A stretch of 44,890 nt of DNA from Acidimicrobiia bacterium (GTDB taxonomy: Bacteria > Actinomycetota > Acidimicrobiia > Acidimicrobiales > JACDCH01), in NCBI GenBank assembly GCA_013694495.1, contig JACDCH010000546.1, forward strand, positions 1 to 44,890. The letters run 5' to 3'. Below are positions 39,304 through 44,890 of this stretch, piece after piece. The notes under the pieces are model-generated. The model was not told where the DNA came from and made no database searches. It worked only from the letters and a program-made list of their open reading frames with translations. Positions within the stretch are counted from its first letter, which is position 1, and the number at the start of each line of letters is the position of its first letter. Position numbers and translations under genes: made by a program.

Positions 39304-42300
39304 CTACGTCGTGACGTTCACGAGCGTCTGGCCGAGCTCGTCGGTGAGGTCGCTGTAGACGACGGCACCGAGGTACTTCGAGGCCAGCGCCAGCCCGGTC
39401 CACGCCACGTCGATCGTGCCTTGCTGCCCGACCGTCGCCGCCGTCGGGGCGGTGACGGTCATGTTCCCGGCCGCGGTGTTGCCGAGCATCCACGTGAAGA
39501 GGTCGTAGACGGCTTCGGGGCCGTCGGTCTCCCAGCCGTGGACCACCAAGGTGTAGGTGCCGGCACTGGGGAACTCGGCGTCGACCTGCTCGGCTGAGGT
39601 CACCGACCCACTGCCGTCGAGGAACACGAGGTTGTCCGGGTCGTCGAAACTGCCCTGGAACAGGTACAGGTCGAGGTCGTCGGCGCCGTCGGTGTTCTCG
39701 TCGAACAGCGACGCCCGGTAGTGGCGGGTGCCGGCGGGGACCTCGAACTCGATGACGTCGATGCCGACCCCGGTGCCGAGGGCGACGTTGATGTCGTCGG
39801 CCGGGTCGTCGACCACGGTGCGACCAGCCGACACGTCGGCCGGCACGAGCCCGCGCGGGGTCGCGCTGAACGGACCGGTGTAGCCGAAGGTCACCTCGTA
39901 GGTCTCGGAGCCCGAGACGCCCTCGCCGGTGATCTCCACCGGGGCCGACAGCGGCACCGGGCGGACGGCGATCGGGCTGCGCACGCTGTGACCGGCGCCG
40001 TCCGACCACGTCAGGGAGCCGAACCGCCACTCGTCACCGGCGGTGTCGGCGACCGTGAAGGTGACGGTGTAGCTCCGCACCGCGTCGGGGGTGCCTGCGG
40101 CGGTGAACGTGAGCGTCGGAGGAGTCACGACCGCGGTGACACCGGGCGGCGCCTCGACGGCGACGGTGTAGGTGCCGGCCGGGCCGACGTTCGTCAGCTC
40201 CCTGGTGACCGTCTGGACGCCGGCCAGCTGGCCGATGCCGATCGTCGGCTGGTTCAGGTCGCTGGGATCGACCGCCCGGGCGGGCGGGCAGTTGATCTCG
40301 CCGGAACCGCAGAGGAAGTCGACGTAGTCGGCGAAGTCGGCGTCGTAGACGAGCCCGGGGTCGTTGGCCGGGAACGGCTGGATGTGACCGCCGCCGAAGT
40401 CGAACGGGTCAGCCGCGGTGACGAAGTCCTGCTTGTCCACGTCCTGGTGGGCGGTGGTGACCAGCGCGGAGCTGATCATCGCCGGGGACCAGTCCGGGTG
40501 CGTCCCGCTGAGCAGGGCGCCGACGCCGGCCACGTGCGGGCTCGACATCGACGTGCCCTGGATGGCCTGGAACAGCTGGCCCGGCGCGCCGAGCCACGGG
40601 TTGGGCGCCGCCCCGGCGAGGATCTCGACGCCGGGGGCGGTGACGTCGGGCTTGATGATGTCCGGCGCCGCTCCGTTCGGGCCCCGCGACGAGAACACGG
40701 CCATGTCGGGGGCGTCCGGGTTCACGGCGCTGGTACCGGCCGTGATGGTCGCGGTGGCGGCGGCGCCCTGCGCCTCGATGTAGTCGAGGATGATCCCGGC
40801 CGCCGGCGCCAGCACCGTCGATGTCGGCAGGACGTGGTTGTCGGTCGGGGTGACGTTCACCTGGGGCGGGTCGAACAGGATCATGCCGACGCCGCCGGCG
40901 GCGCGGACAGCGGCGCCGTGGTTGACGCGGGCGATGCCGGTGACCCGCTGGCAGAACACGATGGCCCCGGCCACCTCGGCCGGGTCCAGCCCGTCGGGGC
41001 ACTCGGCGCCAGCGTTCACGAGACGGGCCGGGCCGACGCCCGGGGTGACGCTTCCACCGGTGACGGAGACGGCCCCGTCACCGAGGACGACCTCGTTGTC
41101 GAAGGTGCGGCTGTGGGTGCTGGCCCCGACTGCGGTGACCCACGGGGCCGACGCCGGCGAGCCGACGGTGGATGCGCCCGGACCGGCGTTGCCGGCCGAG
41201 GTGGCGACGAAGACGCCGGCGCGGCGGGCGAAGAGGAAGGCGATGGCGTCGGGCGACACCACCGACGGCGTGTTCGAGCCGATGGAGTAGTTGATGACGT
41301 CGACGCCGTCGGCGACGGCGGTGTCGATGGCCATCACGAGGTCGCTCACGACGCAACCGGCCTCGCCGAAGCAGCCCTTGTACGCCGCGATGCGGGCCCG
41401 GGGCGCCATGCCGGAGATGGTGTCGACGCCGAGGTCGCGCCCGAAGATGCTCGGGTCGACGCCGCGGTTGCCGCCGGCGGTGGAGGCGGTGTGGGTGCCG
41501 TGCCCGTCGCGGTCGCGGGCGGAGGCGTAGTCGGCCGGGTCGACACCGGAGCGGCGGAGGCCCTCGATGAAGTAGCGGGCCCCGATGAGCTTGTTGTTGC
41601 AGGTCTGGCGGGAGAACTGCTCGCCGGCCTGGCAGATGCCGTTCCAGTGGGCGGGCGGGGGGCCGTAGGCCCGCAGGCGGTTGCCGGCCGAACCCTGCCG
41701 GTGGGCGAAGTCGGACTGGTCCGAGAAGCTGGGGTGCTCGGGCCAGATGCCGGTGTCGATGACGCCGATGATGACGTCCTCACCGACGCCGGCCGTGTCC
41801 CAGAAGCCTCCGGGCGTGGAGAGCCCCAGATCCGACGGGGTGTTGTCGGTCATCGGGTGGCGCTCGGCGTCGACGCTGACCGCCACGACCTCGGGGTTCT
41901 GGGCGAGCCGGGCGGCTTGCGCCGGCGTCAGCTCGGCGGCGAAGCCGTTGAACGAGAAGTTGTAGTCGTAGAACTTGGCGTCCGCGGGGGCGCCGGCGGC
42001 GGCCAGCGCAGCAGCATGGGCGCGGTCGAGGTGAGCGCGGTAGCGGCGCACGTTGGCGCTGTTCGGGTTGGCGTGTCGCCCCGGGGCGGGGGCCGTCGCG
42101 GCCAGCCCGGGCTCACCGCCCTCGTAGGCGATGACCGGTTCGTCGGCCATCTGCACGACGTAGACCTGCGCGGCGCCGTCCTTGGCGTCGACGACCTGTC
42201 CTCGTCCCGGTGGCGGTGCGCTCCCTGCCGGTGCGCTCTGCGCGCCGACGAGAACAGCGACGACCGTGAACGCGGTGAGCAACATGCGACCGCCGAGCAC

Positions 42301-42321
42301 GGTCCGACGTGGCTGGACCAT
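39304..42321 (-). CDS. secreted subtilisin-like (S8) serine protease with I9 propeptide, PA insert and C-terminal beta domains
   Basis: Start re-called at MVQPRR (ATG 42321, preceded by AGGGAGG) in ORF 39304..42666. Signal-like MLLTAFTVVAVLVGAQSAPA. Catalytic triad contexts: VIGVIDTGIWPEHPSF, HGTHTASTAGG, GTSMSSPHVAGVGALL. Confidence 0.9.
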   Translation of the reverse strand: MVQPRRTVLGGRMLLTAFTVVAVLVGAQSAPAGSAPPPGRGQVVDAKDGAAQVYVVQMADEPVIAYEGGEPGLAATAPAPGRHANPNSANVRRYRAHLDRAHAAALAAAGAPADAKFYDYNFSFNGFAAELTPAQAARLAQNPEVVAVSVDAERHPMTDNTPSDLGLSTPGGFWDTAGVGEDVIIGVIDTGIWPEHPSFSDQSDFAHRQGSAGNRLRAYGPPPAHWNGICQAGEQFSRQTCNNKLIGARYFIEGLRRSGVDPADYASARDRDGHGTHTASTAGGNRGVDPSIFGRDLGVDTISGMAPRARIAAYKGCFGEAGCVVSDLVMAIDTAVADGVDVINYSIGSNTPSVVSPDAIAFLFARRAGVFVATSAGNAGPGASTVGSPASAPWVTAVGASTHSRTFDNEVVLGDGAVSVTGGSVTPGVGPARLVNAGAECPDGLDPAEVAGAIVFCQRVTGIARVNHGAAVRAAGGVGMILFDPPQVNVTPTDNHVLPTSTVLAPAAGIILDYIEAQGAAATATITAGTSAVNPDAPDMAVFSSRGPNGAAPDIIKPDVTAPGVEILAGAAPNPWLGAPGQLFQAIQGTSMSSPHVAGVGALLSGTHPDWSPAMISSALVTTAHQDVDKQDFVTAADPFDFGGGHIQPFPANDPGLVYDADFADYVDFLCGSGEINCPPARAVDPSDLNQPTIGIGQLAGVQTVTRELTNVGPAGTYTVAVEAPPGVTAVVTPPTLTFTAAGTPDAVRSYTVTFTVADTAGDEWRFGSLTWSDGAGHSVRSPIAVRPVPLSAPVEITGEGVSGSETYEVTFGYTGPFSATPRGLVPADVSAGRTVVDDPADDINVALGTGVGIDVIEFEVPAGTRHYRASLFDENTDGADDLDLYLFQGSFDDPDNLVFLDGSGSVTSAEQVDAEFPSAGTYTLVVHGWETDGPEAVYDLFTWMLGNTAAGNMTVTAPTAATVGQQGTIDVAWTGLALASKYLGAVVYSDLTDELGQTLVNVTT

Positions 42322-42665
42322 TCGTGCCTCCCTTGGCCTCGCGCCGCCAGTCAGACGTCCGGCGTCCGGATGCGAGAGCAGCATCCTCGCGCGGTGCTGC
42401 GCGGGTTCGCTCGGAAACCATGCCCCGCGGTGAGCGATTCGCGTGCGGGTCTGGCCACGACGCGCCGGTTCGCCGAGCGCGATCCCCATTGTTCGGGCAG
42501 GCCGCGTCACGCCGGAACGGGCCCCGACTGCCGAAAGGGGACACGGTGGCCAGGACCGGACATTGTCCGGTTGTGGACTTGGCGCGCGGGTTCGGAACGT
42601 CGATGATCCCGCACCGGCGAGGACTGAGTGGGCCTCGTCGGGCCCGTCGTCGCCGAGGAGGCGCA

Positions 42666-44549
42666 ATGTCCCGACCCGTACGCGGCCGCATCTTCGGCCG
42701 TCCGTTGCTCGCTCTGGCGATCGCCGTCCCGTCGGCGGTCGCGCTGGGGCTCGTGCCCGGGCCGGCCGACGCCGACACGCCGCCGGAGGTCGTCGTCGAT
42801 GCGCCGGCGGCGGCGGTCGTCGAGGGGTTCATCGTGCACCTCGAGCCCAGCGGCGCCAGCGACGCGACCGTCGAGGCGGAGACCGAGGCCGCCATCGCCG
42901 ACGCGACGACCGAGGACGTCGAGGCCGACGTCGAGTCGCACACGGCGACCGGCGCGGCGGTCGTCTCGCTGTCCGAGGCCCTGTCGGGCGAGGAAGCCAA
43001 CGCAGCGATGGACGAACTGCTCACCGACCCTCGCGTGGCCGCCGTCGAGCCCGACCTCACGCTCCAGGCGAACTTCACCCCGAACGACACCCGGTACGCC
43101 GAGCAGTGGGACCTGTTCGAGACCACCGGCGGCATCCGGCTCCCGGCCGCCATCGACGGCGCCGCCGCCGACGGCGCCGGAGCGGTCGTGGCCGTCATCG
43201 ACACGGGCCTCGTCAGCCATCCCGATCTCGCCGGCCAGACCGTGGCCGGGTACGACTTCATCACCTCGGCCACCACCGCCAACGACGGCGGCGGGCGGGA
43301 CAGCGATCCGAGCGACCCCGGCGACTGGAACACCTCCGGGCAGTGCGGCCTCCTGAGCCCCGCCCGCAACTCGTCGTGGCACGGCACGCACGTCGCCGGC
43401 ACCATCGCCGCCGCCACCGGCAACGGCGCCGGCGTCGTGGGCATCGCCCCGAACGCCGACGTCCAGCCGGTGCGGGTCCTCGGGCGCTGCGGCGGGTCGA
43501 CGGCCGACATCGCCGACGCCGTCATCTGGGCCTCGGGCGGGGCGGTCAGCGGTGCGCCGGTGAACCAGACGCCGGCCGACGTGATCAACCTCAGCCTGGG
43601 CGGCTCGGGCTCGTGCGGCATCTCGATGCAGAACGCCATCAACGGCGCCCGCTCGCGCGGCACCGTCGTGGTCGTCGCCGCCGGCAACTCGAACGCCAAC
43701 GCGGACAATTCCACGCCGGCCAACTGCGCCGGCGTCGTCACCGTGGCCGCCACCACCCGCCAGGGAGCCCGTGCCCCGTACTCGAACTACGGCACCAGCG
43801 TGGAGATCGCGGCGCCGGGTGGCGACACGGCCAGCGGCACCGCCAACGGCATCCTGTCGACGCTCAACTCGGGCACGCAGGGCCCGGGCACGCCGACCTA
43901 CGCCTTCTACCAGGGCACGTCGATGGCGACGCCCCACGTCGCCGGCGTCGCCGCCCTCCTGCGGGGCGAGCGGCCGAACGCCACCGTGAGCGAGATCGAG
44001 ACGGCGATGATCTCCACGGCCCGTGCCTTCCCTGGCACCTGCAGCCAGTGCGGCTCCGGCATCCTCGACGCCAACGCGGCGCTCGTCGCCCTCACCGGTG
44101 GCCCCGGCCCGACCACGACCGCGCCGCCCACGACCGCACCGCCCACCACAGCGCCGCCCACGACCGCACCGCCCACCACGGCGCCGCCGACGACGCAGCC
44201 GCCGGCCGGGCAGACCTTCACCAACGGCACCGACTACTTCATCGCCGACAAGAGCACGGTCAACAGCCCGATCACGTCGACCCGGGCGGGCACGGCCCCG
44301 TCGAACCTGCGGGTCGCGGTCGACATCGCCCACACCTACAAGGGCGATCTGCGGGTCGAGCTCATCGCCCCCGACGGCACCGTGTACCTGCTGCACAACC
44401 GCACCGGCGGCAGCGCCGACAACATCATCACCACGTATACGGTGAACGCGTCGGGTCGCCCCGCCGGTGGCACGTGGACCCTGCGGGTCAGGGACATGGC
44501 CAACTCCGACACGGGCACGCTCCGGGCCTGGTCGATCACCTTCCCCTGA
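42666..44549 (+). CDS. secreted S8 serine protease with Thr/Pro linker and C-terminal proprotein-convertase P-domain
   Basis: Start re-called at MSRPVRGRIFGRPLLALAIAVPSAVA within ORF 42309..44549. Triad contexts: VVAVIDTGLVSHPDL, HGTHVAGTIAA, GTSMATPHVAGVAALL. P-domain: YKGDLRVELIAPDGTVYLLHNR...GTWTLRVRD. Confidence 0.9.
   Translation: MSRPVRGRIFGRPLLALAIAVPSAVALGLVPGPADADTPPEVVVDAPAAAVVEGFIVHLEPSGASDATVEAETEAAIADATTEDVEADVESHTATGAAVVSLSEALSGEEANAAMDELLTDPRVAAVEPDLTLQANFTPNDTRYAEQWDLFETTGGIRLPAAIDGAAADGAGAVVAVIDTGLVSHPDLAGQTVAGYDFITSATTANDGGGRDSDPSDPGDWNTSGQCGLLSPARNSSWHGTHVAGTIAAATGNGAGVVGIAPNADVQPVRVLGRCGGSTADIADAVIWASGGAVSGAPVNQTPADVINLSLGGSGSCGISMQNAINGARSRGTVVVVAAGNSNANADNSTPANCAGVVTVAATTRQGARAPYSNYGTSVEIAAPGGDTASGTANGILSTLNSGTQGPGTPTYAFYQGTSMATPHVAGVAALLRGERPNATVSEIETAMISTARAFPGTCSQCGSGILDANAALVALTGGPGPTTTAPPTTAPPTTAPPTTAPPTTAPPTTQPPAGQTFTNGTDYFIADKSTVNSPITSTRAGTAPSNLRVAVDIAHTYKGDLRVELIAPDGTVYLLHNRTGGSADNIITTYTVNASGRPAGGTWTLRVRDMANSDTGTLRAWSITFP
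44115..44204 (+). repeat. six tandem 15-nt units encoding a (T-T-A-P-P)n linker
   Basis: ACGACCGCGCCGCCC and its variants repeat six times. The protein reads TTAPPTTAPPTTAPPTTAPPTTAPPTTQPP. Confidence 0.85.
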
Positions 44550-44627
44550 GGCGATGTCGCCGCGCCGGCGTCGAGCCTTCACCCGTTCCGGGCCGGTTGT
44601 ACGGTTCGGCGGGTGGGGGCCCTCGGG

Positions 44628-44890
44628 GTGCTCGGCTTGACCGAGGCCGATGAACGTCTGCTCGAGGAGCTCGTCGGTCGCCCAGATCGCGGGCTCGACG
44701 AGCTCGCGGCTGCGGTCGGGCTGGCCGCCGGCGCGCTCCGCACCCGTCTCGACGCGCTGATCCATCTCGGCCTCGTGCGCCAGACCGGCGCCCGACCCGC
44801 CCGTTACGCAGCGCTGCCCCCCGGCCCCGTGGTCGAGGCCATGGCGCGGGTCGCCGAGGAGGCGCTGGCGCGAGCGCGGGTCCACGCCGC
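44628..44890 (+). CDS. HTH transcriptional regulator, 5' partial (runs off the window)
   Basis: Open frame from GTG 44628 (or GTG 44613) to the window end, with strong G/C third-position bias. LTEADERLLEELVGRPDRGLDELAAAVGLAAGALRTRLDALIHLGLVRQ is a TrmB/LuxR-N-type wHTH. It is not in the ORF track, presumably because no stop codon falls within the window. Confidence 0.5.
   Translation, partial: MLGLTEADERLLEELVGRPDRGLDELAAAVGLAAGALRTRLDALIHLGLVRQTGARPARYAALPPGPVVEAMARVAEEALARARVHA

Noticed and set aside
42322-42665. The 344-bp divergent spacer between the two protease genes as something unusual
   Set aside because: It looks like an ordinary shared promoter region. I found no repeats or structured elements by eye, and the ORFs across it are the rejected extensions.
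44115-44204. The 15-nt tandem repeat as a contingency or phase-variation locus
   Set aside because: The unit length is a multiple of three and the repeat is imperfect at the DNA level. It encodes a typical Thr/Pro-rich interdomain linker between the catalytic and P domains, so copy-number change would not shift the frame.
39721-44885. Very long ORFs antisense to the two S8 protease genes (39721..42606 +, 42113..43756 -, 42507..44885 -) and the alternative plus-strand frame 42443..44653
   Set aside because: The opposite or alternative frames carry complete Asp/His/Ser subtilase triads, signal peptides and good RBSs. These ORFs translate to Arg/Gly/Asp/Pro-rich low-complexity strings, which is typical of off-frame reading of GC-rich genes.

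Overview
High-GC window with actinobacterial-type codon usage. Nearly all of it is accessory DNA, and it reads as a stacked defence island. All family names come from motif recognition by eye. No searches were run, and several start codons are my re-calls of the ORF track.

(i) 1-7.7 kb: a divergent xis/int pair, followed by a lower-GC cassette. Spot counts on 60-nt lines give about 55-58% GC here, against 63-78% on lines sampled elsewhere. The cassette encodes a ubiquitin-like conjugation system:
- two paralogous 89-aa beta-grasp Ubl genes
- an E2-like protein with no cysteine where the catalytic one is expected
- a JAB-E1 fusion
- a Cys/His-rich DUF6527-like protein
- a ClpP/SppA-fold serine protease
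- a divergent 2TM-GAF protein and an antisense RHH regulator flanking or interrupting these

(ii) tRNA-Arg(CCT) lies at 7711-7786, with a roughly 31.5 kb island inserted in its 3' half. The attL core is 7742-7754 and the displaced tRNA 3' remnant is 39241-39282. The island carries:
- an integrase
- a DrmD-like SNF2 helicase
- a translationally coupled operon of helicase-DUF3883 nuclease, zinc-ribbon micro-protein, DUF1156 DPPY methyltransferase, a 104-aa protein and a HEPN-DUF499 ATPase (Hma-type helicase/methylase/ATPase)
- a DUF4365-like PD-(D/E)xK protein coupled to a 388-aa protein of no family I can recognise
- a MOBF relaxase with an Xis-like HTH and a dense CTCAC(G) repeat field (candidate oriT), but no coupling protein or T4SS
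- an orphan HTH protein plus an integrase C-terminal remnant
- a five-gene Wadjet/Mks-like operon with two small winged-helix proteins where one JetB is expected
- two divergent AbiE-type nucleotidyltransferase toxin-antitoxin pairs

(iii) 39.3-44.9 kb looks chromosomal: two divergent secreted S8 subtilases and the start of an HTH regulator.

No rRNA, CRISPR array or transposase was seen.
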